IMG/VR virus record: IMGVR_UViG_3300044217_003764
Span: 1 to 50,064 of that record
From: a virus
Taxonomy: Duplodnaviria > Caudoviricetes
DNA: 50,064 nucleotides
Direction: 5' to 3' (one strand)
Shown: in pieces, positions 28,645 through 38,308 of the stretch
Position numbering within the stretch: position 1 is the first letter of the stretch
How the letters are laid out: each line of letters opens with the position of its first letter
The notes under the pieces: model-generated
Database searches by the model: none
What the model was told of the DNA's origin: nothing
The model's input: the letters and a program-made list of their open reading frames with translations, nothing else
Program-made: the position numbers and the translations under genes

Positions 28645-29601
28645 CTATTGAAGTTCTTCGAGGGTGCCGAGATCGGCGCGCTTGCCACCAGTGGCGCGCT
28701 GTTCCAGCCAGTCAGGCGGGCCAAGCGTCTCGGTGTTGCGGGTGTAGGTGGGCCAGACGCCGCTATCGAGGCAGTCGCGGAAGATCCGCAATGCCGTGTG
28801 ATTGTCGGCGCGGCCGCACGCGATGTAGCGATCATTGAATTCCCAATCCTCGGCGATGTAGGGGAATTCCTTCTCGACACAGAACAGGACAGCGTTTTGC
28901 ATGATCCGGCCAAGAACCTTTTCCATGCCCTCGCCGACCAGCGCGGCCTGCATGTCATAGCGATAGTTCGCCATCGATCGGGATGTGGCCATCTGCGACG
29001 CATCGACAACGAATTTCGTGTCGGCATACGCATCATTCAGGGGCAGGACGTCCGGACGGGACTTCAGCCAGATGCCGGTTTCCTTGTCCTGCCAGATCAT
29101 CGACATTTCGACCATGCCATCGAGCCCGCCTGCCTGAACAAAGGGGTGACGCTCGAGCGCCTGGTAGATCTCCGCGATGGTGCGCAGATCCTCACCGCTC
29201 AGGACGGTCATACCCAAAGCCTCAGCCCGCTTTTTCCATGCGGCCTTGTAGTCCCGGTAATTCTTGTACCGACCATAGGGGCCGACCCGGCCTTCATTGG
29301 TGTTGAAGTCGGAGAAGGCGTGCACCGCAAACTCGCGGCGTGGCAGCACACCTTCCAGCGTGAGCGAGTGCGCGGCCTTACCGAACGCGAACCCACTGGA
29401 TGACTTCATGGGCCGACCGTCCGGATTGTAGATCGATGAGGCCCAATACTTGGCCGGGCAATGAATGATCGTGCGCAGGCCGGTGCTGCTGATCGATGGA
29501 CCAACGCAGCAGTCGTCATGATACCACGACATACGCATTGCATAGAGGCCGGGCCTGTCGATCTTCTCGCCATGTTTGATGATGTCAGGGGTCATTTTCA
29601 A
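28645..29601 (-). CDS. RecE-like (exonuclease VIII, PD-(D/E)XK) exonuclease
   Basis: SISSTGL, FGKAAH, E.SMIW.D.ETGIWLKSRPD, DTK and YDMQAA motifs; adjacent to recT. Confidence 0.85.
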   Translation of the reverse strand: MKMTPDIIKHGEKIDRPGLYAMRMSWYHDDCCVGPSISSTGLRTIIHCPAKYWASSIYNPDGRPMKSSSGFAFGKAAHSLTLEGVLPRREFAVHAFSDFNTNEGRVGPYGRYKNYRDYKAAWKKRAEALGMTVLSGEDLRTIAEIYQALERHPFVQAGGLDGMVEMSMIWQDKETGIWLKSRPDVLPLNDAYADTKFVVDASQMATSRSMANYRYDMQAALVGEGMEKVLGRIMQNAVLFCVEKEFPYIAEDWEFNDRYIACGRADNHTALRIFRDCLDSGVWPTYTRNTETLGPPDWLEQRATGGKRADLGTLEELQ

Positions 29602-29942
29602 GAGCGCTCCCCATCGTCGTGTGCTCGGTAGAACACCTCGTCAGCATGTCCCGCACGGCGGCTCGGCTTAGGGAAGAGCAGGTCCAGGACGTCGCGACTC
29701 TTGCGCTCCACGACAAGGGCGCCCTCGAGTTTGGCCACCTTGATTTCCTGCTTCTGAATATGCGACTCCAGTGACCTGATGTCCTGTAGGGCAGACTGGA
29801 GCTCGGCCTTGGTTAACCTCAAGCCATCTTCGGCCTTTTTTTGCGACCGCATGGCATCATTCCGATCGTGGCGCGCGCGGCTGACGTCATCTTCAAGGTC
29901 AGCGATTATCCCCTCAAGACTGGCGATTGTTTTCCGTGCCAT
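29598..29942 (-). CDS. Hypothetical coiled-coil protein
   Basis: GAGG SD; heptad pattern. Confidence 0.6.
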   Translation of the reverse strand: MARKTIASLEGIIADLEDDVSRARHDRNDAMRSQKKAEDGLRLTKAELQSALQDIRSLESHIQKQEIKVAKLEGALVVERKSRDVLDLLFPKPSRRAGHADEVFYRAHDDGERS

Positions 29943-29955
29943 GATGACTGACCTC

Positions 29956-30981
29956 CTAGAATTTCAGCGTGACGTTTGGGATCTCGCCGGCCTGAATGGC
30001 CAGCATGATGTCTCGGGCGGCGGCGACACTGATCATGCCGGCAGCTTGAATGGCCTCCGACACCTCGGCCTGCACAGACTCGCGGTGGGCTTTGTCCTGC
30101 TGGCGTTGCGCCTCAGCTTTCTGTTCGCGCTCTTCAGTCTCGGCCTTCTCACGCAATTGACGCTGGGCCTCTTCCTTCGCGCGGTTGGCGGCGTCGATCT
30201 CGGCCTGTGCGGCAGCGTCCTTTTTTCGCTGTTCCTCTTCGGCTTCGCGCTTGGCCTGGTCTGCGGCTTCCTTCCGGGCGCGCTCTTCGGCCTGACGAAT
30301 GCGTTCCTCTTCGGCCTCCTTCTGACGCTTGGCCTCGGCCTGGCGCTCCCGCTCGGCATCTTCAGCGCGGCGACGCTCGAGCTCCTGGCGGTCGGCTTCG
30401 TCCTTCTCGGCCTGCGCAAGAAGACTTTCCAGCCGTTCCCTGCGGGCTACCAGGGCCTTCCGTGCTTCGTCGGTGCGCTCACGGAATACTTCGGATGAGA
30501 ATTTCACATCCTTCAGCAATTCCATTTCAGCTTTGATCGCCTGAATCGAGATCGGCAGGGTGGCTTCCAGATTGACCAGCCACTCATTGACCTGATCCTC
30601 ACGCTTGGCCTCGGCCGCTTCCCATTCGTTGAGGGGGTCGCGGGCCTTGTCGCGCAGGGCATCCAGCGTCTCGCGCACGGTAGAGCGCAGCCCGTTCACT
30701 TCATTGACGGCCTTGCGGTGCTCTTCCGTCAGCGCCTTTCCGGCCTCATCCAGCGTGGACTTCATTCGGGCGATGGCATAGGCCCGCGACGCAATGGCCT
30801 TGCGGCCCTTCTCGGTTTCGAGATCGATCGACGCGCCGTCGATGTCTGCCTCTATTTCTGACGCCAACTGCTTCAGCATGTCCGGCTCCTGGTAGAGCAT
30901 GGCTGGCTTCTCGGCGAGAATTTCACCAACGGCCGCGGAGTTGTGGCCGATGTCGGGGGCTGCGGTCTCTGTGTCAGGCAT
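29956..30981 (-). CDS. Long coiled-coil phage protein
   Basis: Start at MPDTET; KGRKAIASRAYAIARMKS motif and E/A/R/K-rich coil. Confidence 0.75.
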   Translation of the reverse strand: MPDTETAAPDIGHNSAAVGEILAEKPAMLYQEPDMLKQLASEIEADIDGASIDLETEKGRKAIASRAYAIARMKSTLDEAGKALTEEHRKAVNEVNGLRSTVRETLDALRDKARDPLNEWEAAEAKREDQVNEWLVNLEATLPISIQAIKAEMELLKDVKFSSEVFRERTDEARKALVARRERLESLLAQAEKDEADRQELERRRAEDAERERQAEAKRQKEAEEERIRQAEERARKEAADQAKREAEEEQRKKDAAAQAEIDAANRAKEEAQRQLREKAETEEREQKAEAQRQQDKAHRESVQAEVSEAIQAAGMISVAAARDIMLAIQAGEIPNVTLKF

Positions 30982-31221
30982 TGGATGCTTCCTTCTGTTT
31001 TGATTTCCACTCGCCACGCCCACCTGCAAAGTCGAAGGCCGTGGCCTTTCCCTGCAGGGCGCGCTCGAGGTCGTTTGCGATTGAGGCAGTGGCTTCAGCG
31101 GCCACCGGAGGATTGCCGGCCGCAGCATTGAATGCCTGCAGCCGGAGACATGCGGCCGCACGCTCCCCTTCGTAGAGGATGCGTTCGCGATCGCGTGCAG
31201 AACGGGGGCGGTAGGCGTCAC
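30974..31221 (-). CDS. Hypothetical protein
   Basis: GTGA-coupled ORF (VSDAYRP...). Confidence 0.45.
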
Positions 31222-31499
31222 TCACCAGCGCCACCCTCCTGCAAGATCCGCTCAACGGCCGACCAAAGCTGGAGACGCGCAACGCCCGTCGTGTTGGCCA
31301 GATAGGCCACGGGGTCGAGCCGGTAATCGTATAGCTCTTCCGGGGTGTTGCAGATCGACAGCGAGATCAGATCATTGTGCGGGACTTTCTTGAGAGCAGC
31401 GGCCTGTCTCAGAAACAGGTCACGGGCCTCTTCGGATACGATCTGCGCAGCAATGGCTGCGTCTTCTCGTTTCATAGCGTGGGTATAGTCGGCGCTCAC
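31218..31499 (-). CDS. Hypothetical protein
   Basis: GGAG SD; GTG start. Confidence 0.6.
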   Translation of the reverse strand: MSADYTHAMKREDAAIAAQIVSEEARDLFLRQAAALKKVPHNDLISLSICNTPEELYDYRLDPVAYLANTTGVARLQLWSAVERILQEGGAGE

Positions 31500-31642
31500 T
31501 GGTCGATGTCTCCACCGTCCATGAATTGCGTGAAACGCTTGTCAGCCGCTGCCGGCAGCTTCGAGAAGCCCCAGACGACCAGTCCGCCGGCACCAATGGC
31601 ACCGAACACCGACGCCAGTGCGATAAGATACGAATACGACAT
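31496..31642 (-). CDS. 48-aa membrane peptide, first gene of the leftward operon (absent from the ORF track)
   Basis: AAGGAGG SD; MSYSYLIALASVFGAIGAGGLVVWGFSKLP...; stop overlaps next GTG. Confidence 0.65.
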   Translation of the reverse strand: MSYSYLIALASVFGAIGAGGLVVWGFSKLPAAADKRFTQFMDGGDIDQ

Positions 31643-31666
31643 CCATTCCTCCTTGCGATGGAGAAA

Positions 31667-31727
31667 CGGGTATCGATATTATCGAACACGGTCAACGGTA
31701 TATTTCGATAAAATCGATTTTCATCGA
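31667..31727 (-). promoter_or_regulatory. Leftward early promoter with repressor operators
   Basis: TTGACC-17-TACCCG on minus; TCGA-N5-TCGA palindromes at 31673 and 31705. Confidence 0.65.
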
Positions 31728-31740
31728 TATTTCAGGGGGG

Positions 31741-32391
31741 TCAGATGCGAGAAACTTTTGCAGCTACCCAGCCGATTACCGTCAGATCCTCGATATTCAC
31801 CTCATATGCGTGATGCTGAGGATTGTCAGAGCTGATTCGAATGCGTGGTGGTTTTGTGCCGGGGATCATTTCAAGCCGCTTGACCACAGCCAGGTCTTGC
31901 ATGGACAGAACATAGATGCCCGGTGTGGCAGGGTTGGATCTGCTCGTATCAATCAGCAGCTTGTCGCCTGACCTCAGCGTCGGCTCCATCGAATCGCCTG
32001 ACACTGTTAGGACTATGAAGGAGTGGGGGTTCATATCGAAAGCGGCAAAGAACCTGCGCGGCCAGGGCCAGTATCCGGCTGGCGCCTCCTGATCAATAAC
32101 CGCGCCACCACCGGCCGCAACAGTCAGAGAAAACTCAGGTATTTGAACCGTTTGAGGCAGGTCATCGGATGTCGTCACCGATCCGTTATCGCCTATGAGA
32201 TCTTCCGCATCGATCCCGAGTTCCCGGGCAATATCGTGCAGTTTGTCGATATCTGGCTGATGTTCGCCATTTTCGTATTCGGACAGGGAACTTTGCGAGA
32301 TATCGACTCGGGCAGCCAAGGTTTTCTGGCTCAGACCTGCGCTCTTGCGAGCGGTCCGAATGCGCCGCCCAAGCGCTTGAACATAAGGCAT
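31741..32391 (-). CDS. cI: CI-like repressor (XRE HTH plus S24 autopeptidase)
   Basis: SQKTLA..ISQSSLSEYENG HTH; AG cleavage site (VAAGGG); VSGDSMEP and VKRL catalytic motifs; alternative start 32406. Confidence 0.92.
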   Translation of the reverse strand: MPYVQALGRRIRTARKSAGLSQKTLAARVDISQSSLSEYENGEHQPDIDKLHDIARELGIDAEDLIGDNGSVTTSDDLPQTVQIPEFSLTVAAGGGAVIDQEAPAGYWPWPRRFFAAFDMNPHSFIVLTVSGDSMEPTLRSGDKLLIDTSRSNPATPGIYVLSMQDLAVVKRLEMIPGTKPPRIRISSDNPQHHAYEVNIEDLTVIGWVAAKVSRI

Positions 32392-32461
32392 TTTTTCAGT
32401 CTCCATTGTCTGCCTTACCTGTATACCAAAGGCGGTTAATATGTCCTAATCGGAATTGGCA

Positions 32462-32503
32462 TCGAAAATATCGATTGCATGTCGATATTATCGACGTTAT
32501 GCG
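32462..32503 (+). promoter_or_regulatory. Rightward (cro) promoter with two operators
   Basis: TCGAAAATATCGA at 32462 and TCGATATTATCGA at 32482; TTGCAT-17-TATGCG. Confidence 0.65.
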
Positions 32504-32511
32504 TTCGGGTC

Positions 32512-32748
32512 ATGGAACCTTTCAACGTTGTGACCCATCTGATCGCCCGGGGATTCAAGTCCCAGGGTCACCTTGCGCGAGAAATCGGCAAGGCCCCCAG
32601 CACTGTTTCGAACTATGCCGAGACCGGGAACATCCCGCATCCGGTGCAGCGCGAAATCATTCTCGCCGCGCGCAGGCTGGGTTTCACCGTTGAGCCAGAT
32701 GACTTCTTCGAGCCGGAACTGAGGGCTCAGGCCCCGGCGCCTGCCTGA
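32512..32748 (+). CDS. cro: Cro-like HTH regulator (probably leaderless)
   Basis: SQGHLAREIGKAPSTVSNY HTH, divergent from cI. Confidence 0.8.
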   Translation: MEPFNVVTHLIARGFKSQGHLAREIGKAPSTVSNYAETGNIPHPVQREIILAARRLGFTVEPDDFFEPELRAQAPAPA

Positions 32749-32813
32749 CGAAACGGGTACGCTGGAGCCCCGTCGCCGAAGCCTCCGGCAAAGCCCTCTA
32801 ACCGGAGGAACGG

Positions 32814-33239
32814 ATGTCAATTCCGAATGACGTATTGCCGAGCAAGGACGTGCTGGCGAAGTATTACGATGAGCTTCTCAGCGGAACGACCGATGCTGCG
32901 CAGGCAAATCAAGCCCTCTCCACAACGAAGAAGAATGCGGAGAAAGAGCACAACATCAGTTGGCACTGGCTGAAGCAGGCCAAGCGGCTCAACAAGATGA
33001 GCGAGACCGACCGTGCCGGAGAAGTGCGCAACATGCTGCACACTTTCGAGGCCCTGGGTGTCTTCGATCAGAACGACCTCATCGACCCGATCGATATGGG
33101 CAAGCTGATGAAGCAGGTCCGTGGCTCGAACTACGAGCAGATGCCCGACTCCGATCAGGCAGATCTCGATCAGGCGTCCCGCGAGCAGGAAGAGAGGGAC
33201 AACGCTGCTCCTGCGGCTGGCGAGACCGAGGACGCTTGA
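32814..33239 (+). CDS. GapR/DUF2312-like DNA-binding protein (tentative)
   Basis: GGAGG SD; KQAKRLNKMSETDR...FEALG resembles the DUF2312 C-terminal helix. Confidence 0.5.
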   Translation: MSIPNDVLPSKDVLAKYYDELLSGTTDAAQANQALSTTKKNAEKEHNISWHWLKQAKRLNKMSETDRAGEVRNMLHTFEALGVFDQNDLIDPIDMGKLMKQVRGSNYEQMPDSDQADLDQASREQEERDNAAPAAGETEDA

Positions 33240-33242
33240 CCG

Positions 33243-33725
33243 ATGGATATTGTTGCCGCCCCCGATAAAAGCATTTCCTTCACCGTACCCGGAGCTCCGG
33301 TTCCGAAGGGTCGACCAAAGGCCCGGGTGGTGAAGGGGGCAGGGGGCGGCTTCGCCCAGATATACACTGATGCCAAAACCCGTGAGTATGAAACGCGCGT
33401 CGGCCAATGGGCGCGCAAGGCGATGACAGGACAGCGGCCGATAGAAGGCCCTTGCTCTCTCGTCGTCATCTTCTACTTCCAGCTTCCCAAGTCGCGGCCG
33501 AAGTACCAATTCGAGGCCATGCGACGGGGTGAGCTTCCGTGCACCAATCAAGTCGACCTCGATAACTGCCTCAAGGCGGTCCAGGACGGCATGAATGAGA
33601 TCGTGTTCAAGGATGACCGGCAGATCGTCTCAGTGGTTGCCCACAAGCGGTGGGCGGACGAGCCCCGTGTTCTGGTCCGGGTGGTGCCTCATGGTGACGG
33701 CCAGGCAATGCGAGGGGCTGAATAA
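33243..33725 (+). CDS. rusA: RusA-family Holliday junction resolvase
   Basis: FTVPGAPVPKGRP, DLDNCLKAVQDGMN and DDRQIV motifs. Confidence 0.9.
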   Translation: MDIVAAPDKSISFTVPGAPVPKGRPKARVVKGAGGGFAQIYTDAKTREYETRVGQWARKAMTGQRPIEGPCSLVVIFYFQLPKSRPKYQFEAMRRGELPCTNQVDLDNCLKAVQDGMNEIVFKDDRQIVSVVAHKRWADEPRVLVRVVPHGDGQAMRGAE

Positions 33726-35308
33726 TGGGCCTCATAATCGACAACTTCGCAGGTGGTGGTGGCGCTAGTGTTGCGCTGGAAGAGGCGCTCGGCCGTCCAG
33801 TCGACATCGCCATCAACCATGACCCCGACGCGATTGCCATGCACAAGGCGAACCATCCAGATACGTTGCACCTGCAGGAAGACGTGTTTGCGATCCGGCC
33901 GGCAGAGTTGTGCGCCGGTCGCCCGATTGACGTCGCGTGGTTCTCCCCTGACTGCAAGCACTTCAGCCGCGCCAAGGGCGGCGCGCCCGTTTCCAAGAAG
34001 ATCCGCGGCCTTGCATGGGTGGTGCTGCGCTGGGCATCGCTCCCGAAGTGGCAGCGCCCGCGCGTGATCTTCCTCGAAAACGTCACCGAGTTTCAAACCT
34101 GGTGCCCGGTCAAGCGGAATGGTCAGCCGGACATGTCGAAGAAGGGCGAAACCTTCCGGCTTTGGGTATCTCACCTCGAAGCGCTCGGCTATGCCGTCGA
34201 GTGGCGCGAACTGGTGGCCTCGGACTTTGGGGCGCCCACGATCCGCAAGCGTTTGTTTCTGGTCGCGCGCTGTGATGGCGAGCCGATCCACTGGCCAGAA
34301 CCGACGCATGGCGATCCGTCTGCGAAGGGCTTCCGCGAGTCAGGTTTGAGCCCGTGGCGCACCGCCGCCGAAATTATAGACTGGTCGATCCCGTGCCCGT
34401 CGATCTTCGAGCGCAAGCGCCCACTGGCAGACAAGACGCTTGCCCGGATCGCTCGCGGCATCCAGCGCTATGTGATCGACGATCCGCAGCCGTTCATCGT
34501 GAACCTGACGCATGGTGTGCGACTGGAATCCATTGATCTCCCCATGAAGACTATCACGGGCGCGAACAGGGGGGAGAAGGCGCTAGTAGCTCCTACGCTC
34601 ATTCAGACAGGGTACGGCGAAAGAGAGGGGCAGAGCCCAAGAACTCTCGATCTGCAGCGGCCGTTAGGAACTGTCGTAGCCGGAGGCTCGAAGCACGCCC
34701 TCGTCGCCGCCTTCCTGGCGCAGCACAATGGCGGGCCGCGCAACGGCTCGCTCAGTGGCCGGTCTGCTGACGCCCCGATTTCCACCATCACCGGACGGGG
34801 CACCCAGCAACAGCTTGTCACCTCGCACCTGCTGAAGCTGCGAGGCACCTGCAAGGATGGCCAGCCCGTCACCGAACCGGCACCGACGATTACGGCGGGC
34901 GGGATGCATATAGGCGAGGTGCGCGCCTTCCTGCTGAAATACTATGGCGCAGGCGTCGGTCAAAGCGTGAAAGAGCCGCTGCATACTGTGACGGTGAAAG
35001 AGCGCTTCGGCCTGGTCACGATCCACGGCGAGACGTTCCAGATTGCCGACATTGGAATGCGGATGCTCGCAGAGCATGAACTCTATGCCGCGCAAGGGTT
35101 CCTTCAGGTCCGCCCCGATTATGCCATCCGCCCCGTGATCAACGGCAAGAAGATGACGAAGACGGCATCGATCGCACGGTGCGGCAATTCAGTCAGCCCC
35201 CCGCCGGCAATCGAACTGGTGCGGGCGAATGCGCCGATGTTCTCCATCCTGCACCGCCCAGCCCGTAACTCCCCACCCTTCGCACCCGCTTACGGTGGCG
35301 CATCATGA
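33725..35308 (+). CDS. DNA (cytosine-5) methyltransferase
   Basis: FAGGGG, SPDCKHFS, LENV, RKRLF and GNSV motifs; repeated P..TIT variable-region units. Confidence 0.92.
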   Translation: MGLIIDNFAGGGGASVALEEALGRPVDIAINHDPDAIAMHKANHPDTLHLQEDVFAIRPAELCAGRPIDVAWFSPDCKHFSRAKGGAPVSKKIRGLAWVVLRWASLPKWQRPRVIFLENVTEFQTWCPVKRNGQPDMSKKGETFRLWVSHLEALGYAVEWRELVASDFGAPTIRKRLFLVARCDGEPIHWPEPTHGDPSAKGFRESGLSPWRTAAEIIDWSIPCPSIFERKRPLADKTLARIARGIQRYVIDDPQPFIVNLTHGVRLESIDLPMKTITGANRGEKALVAPTLIQTGYGEREGQSPRTLDLQRPLGTVVAGGSKHALVAAFLAQHNGGPRNGSLSGRSADAPISTITGRGTQQQLVTSHLLKLRGTCKDGQPVTEPAPTITAGGMHIGEVRAFLLKYYGAGVGQSVKEPLHTVTVKERFGLVTIHGETFQIADIGMRMLAEHELYAAQGFLQVRPDYAIRPVINGKKMTKTASIARCGNSVSPPPAIELVRANAPMFSILHRPARNSPPFAPAYGGAS

Positions 35309-35943
35309 GTGTAGAGATCATCACGGGAGATTGCAGAGAAGTGCTGCCAGGCATCAGACATGCCGATGTTCTGATCACGGACCCGGTATGGCCTAACTGC
35401 CCTGATAATCTTTTGGAAGGGTGGGAGCGCCCTGAAGCCTTGTTGCGGGAAGCCTTGGAGGTCGCGCCCGATAGCCTAAAGCGAATCGTCATCGTTATGC
35501 GGTCAGACAGTGACCCGCGTTTTCTTCGCGCCGTACCTGATCGCTGGCCGTTCTTCAACGCACATTGGCTGCAATATGCCATTCCTAGCTACATCGGCCG
35601 GAAACTTGGGGGCAACGAGATTGCATATGCCTTCGGGGAGCCAGTTCTCTCTGCTAAAGGTCGACGCCTCGTGCCTAGTATCGCGCCGAAGGCGCAGCCG
35701 AGAGACAGATTACCTAACGGGCATCCTTGCAGCAGGGCCTTATGTCACTTCGATTGGCTCGTTCAGTGGTGGAGCGAGCCAGGCGAAACAATCCTGGACC
35801 CCTTTGCGGGATCTGGAACAACAGGGATTGCTGCTGATCGCCAAGGCCGAAATGCAGTCCTAATTGAAAAGGATCCTAAGTACGCCGATTTAGCCAGGCA
35901 CCGGCTTGCTGAGCATGCCCCTCTATTGCGAGGCGCATCATGA
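35305..35943 (+). CDS. N4/N6-type DNA methyltransferase
   Basis: GDCREVL, TDPVW (DPPY position), HPC and LDPFAGSGTT motifs. Confidence 0.8.
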   Translation: MSVEIITGDCREVLPGIRHADVLITDPVWPNCPDNLLEGWERPEALLREALEVAPDSLKRIVIVMRSDSDPRFLRAVPDRWPFFNAHWLQYAIPSYIGRKLGGNEIAYAFGEPVLSAKGRRLVPSIAPKAQPRDRLPNGHPCSRALCHFDWLVQWWSEPGETILDPFAGSGTTGIAADRQGRNAVLIEKDPKYADLARHRLAEHAPLLRGAS

Positions 35944-37457
35944 GCGACCGCAAATCAATGGAAGACATTCACTTCCCGGATCGCCAGCCCAAGGCAGAGC
36001 CGCCCCATAATCTGGGGGCAGAGGCTGCGGTGCTGGGTGCGGTGCTGTTCGATAACATTGCCTATGAGCGGACGCAGGAGATCCTGCGCTTCGATGATTT
36101 CTATACGCCGGTTCACCAGGAGATATACCGCGCAATGGAGGTCCGTATCCAGAACGGACTGGTGGCCAATGGCGTCACCATGCGCGAATACTTCGAGACC
36201 GAAGGCAAGCTGGCCGATATCGGCGGAGCCAAGTATCTCGAACAGTTAATGGACAGCGCCGCGTTCGGCCCGGAGATCCGGGATTACTCGGCGATAATCC
36301 GTCACAATGCGGCACGCCGTGCGATCATTGAGGCGGGAGAGTACCTGCAGGCCACGGCCCAGGACCCCAAGGAGAGCGAGAGCGCATCGGCCCTGATTGA
36401 GCGGGCGCGTGAGCGGCTGCAGGGCGTCGAAGACATGCGCTTGCGTGGATCTCAATGGAAGTCTGCCGCTGAAGCCGTGTTGCCGGTGGTGGTCGAGCTT
36501 GAAGACCGACTGAACAACGGTCGTGGCTCGGAAGTTGCGGGCCTTAAGACGGGGATTGATGATCTAGACAAAGCCATCGGCGGACTGCGGAAGGGGAACC
36601 TGATCATTCTTGCCGGACGGCCGGGCATGGCCAAGTCCGGTATCGCTGGAAACATCGCAGCGAACGTGGCTGGTGATCAGGTGCCGGGCGGCGCGGGTGA
36701 AAAGCAGGTCGTGGGTTTCTTCTCCCTGGAAATGGAGAACCGCGAGCTCGGAACCCGCCTCAGTACACAGATGGCCCACAAAACCGGCATCGGTCGCGTC
36801 GAGTACCAGGACGCCATCAACGGATCTCTCGGCCAGAACCAGTTTGCAATCATTGCCGCTGGCGCGAGAGCTATTCCGGAGACGCTGGTTCTGGATGAGA
36901 CGCCCTATCTGTCGGCTGCAGACATCGGTGCCCGTGCCCGTGCCCTGAAGCGCTCGGCCGGTCGACTGGATCTCATCGTGATCGATTATCTGCAGATCAT
37001 GAATTACCAGATCCAGAAGGGTGAGAACCTGTCATCAGCCATCGGCCGAACGACATCCGCCTTGAAGCGATTGGCCAAGGAACTCGGTGTTCCGATTGTG
37101 GCCCTGTCCCAGCTATCACGCAATTGCGAGCAGCGCGACAACAAGCGGCCGATCCTGTCCGACCTCAGAGAGTCGGGCTCCATCGAGCAGGACGCCGACG
37201 TCGTGCTGTTTGTCTACCGAGACGCCTACTACCACGAAGCGAAGGAGCCCCCTCACGGGGCGAAGGATTCTGCCGCTGCGGTCAAATGGGCCGAGTGGTG
37301 GAGCGAGCTCAAAGCCGTCGAGAACAAAGCCGAGATCCACGCCGCGAAGGTCCGCATGGCCAAGGGTGGCCGCATCATTGCGCACTATGACCTGGGGTCC
37401 GACGCGCTCGTGAACAGCGAAAAAGAACTGACAGTAGAGGGAGACATGTACTCATGA
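35940..37457 (+). CDS. dnaB: DnaB-like replicative helicase
   Basis: PPHNLGAEAAVLG, AGRPGMAKS, FSLEM, IDYLQ, LSQLSR and SDLRESGSIEQDAD motifs. Confidence 0.95.
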   Translation: MSDRKSMEDIHFPDRQPKAEPPHNLGAEAAVLGAVLFDNIAYERTQEILRFDDFYTPVHQEIYRAMEVRIQNGLVANGVTMREYFETEGKLADIGGAKYLEQLMDSAAFGPEIRDYSAIIRHNAARRAIIEAGEYLQATAQDPKESESASALIERARERLQGVEDMRLRGSQWKSAAEAVLPVVVELEDRLNNGRGSEVAGLKTGIDDLDKAIGGLRKGNLIILAGRPGMAKSGIAGNIAANVAGDQVPGGAGEKQVVGFFSLEMENRELGTRLSTQMAHKTGIGRVEYQDAINGSLGQNQFAIIAAGARAIPETLVLDETPYLSAADIGARARALKRSAGRLDLIVIDYLQIMNYQIQKGENLSSAIGRTTSALKRLAKELGVPIVALSQLSRNCEQRDNKRPILSDLRESGSIEQDADVVLFVYRDAYYHEAKEPPHGAKDSAAAVKWAEWWSELKAVENKAEIHAAKVRMAKGGRIIAHYDLGSDALVNSEKELTVEGDMYS

Positions 37458-38308
37458 GCAACAAGGCGATGACGTGGGCTATAGATTGCGGGGTCAGGGG
37501 GTCTCACAAGCTGGTCCTTATTCTGCTGGCGGACTGTCACAACGGCAGTACCGGCGCCTGCTTTCCTGCCCAACAATGGATTGCGGAGAAGGGTGGCATT
37601 GCGAAGAGTACCATTCAGGCGGTTCTGAACGACTTGGAGGAATGGGGTTTCATCACGCGAGAAACCAAGGCGCTAGGTCGCGGCAAAGGCAGCAAGACTC
37701 AGTTCGAATTGCACCTCGATATTTTTGAACCACAAATAATAGGGCCCCAAAATACCGGCGTTAGACCCACAGAATCCTCCGACTTAGACCCACAGAATTC
37801 AGGGTCTCCCTATAAGGATAAACCGGAATCTGAACCGGAAGGAACCGGAAGTCTTGGCGCCACTTGCCTGATGGAAAAAATGTGGAGGGCTGCTCCGGAC
37901 ATGAGCCGGAAGCGCTCATCACGAAAGCTGGTTCTGGCTGCCTGCAAGGCTCAACTGAAGGCCGGAATACCCGCAGAGCAGATTGATTCCGGCTGGGTTG
38001 CTTATCTCGCATCCCCCGAAGCGATGAAGGAGGGCGGCAAGTTCGTCCCTGCGCTGGACCGCTGGATCAAGGATCAGAAGTTTGAGGCGTGGGCGGAAGC
38101 GGCGCCAGACCCGGATCTCTTCAACGGCAGCGGGCCATCGGCGGCGGAGTGGCCTGCTGAGCTCGAGACGTCCTTCCGGATCTACAGCGAAAGCGGCTGC
38201 TGGATCGGATCGCGCTATGGCCACCACGCTCGCCCGGATAGTCCGGAGGCGACGTATCCCGCCGCGCTGTACGAGAAGTTCAAGATCAAAAAAGGAGTGA
38301 CGGCATGA
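37454..38308 (+). CDS. Replication initiator with N-terminal HTH
   Basis: KLVLILLADCHN...CFPAQQWIA HTH; internal DNA repeats. Confidence 0.75.
   Translation: MSNKAMTWAIDCGVRGSHKLVLILLADCHNGSTGACFPAQQWIAEKGGIAKSTIQAVLNDLEEWGFITRETKALGRGKGSKTQFELHLDIFEPQIIGPQNTGVRPTESSDLDPQNSGSPYKDKPESEPEGTGSLGATCLMEKMWRAAPDMSRKRSSRKLVLAACKAQLKAGIPAEQIDSGWVAYLASPEAMKEGGKFVPALDRWIKDQKFEAWAEAAPDPDLFNGSGPSAAEWPAELETSFRIYSESGCWIGSRYGHHARPDSPEATYPAALYEKFKIKKGVTA
37761..37798. repeat. Iteron-like direct repeats (probable origin) inside the initiator gene
   Basis: TTAGACCCACAGAAT at 37761 and 37784, with weaker copies upstream in an AT-richer patch. Confidence 0.55.
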
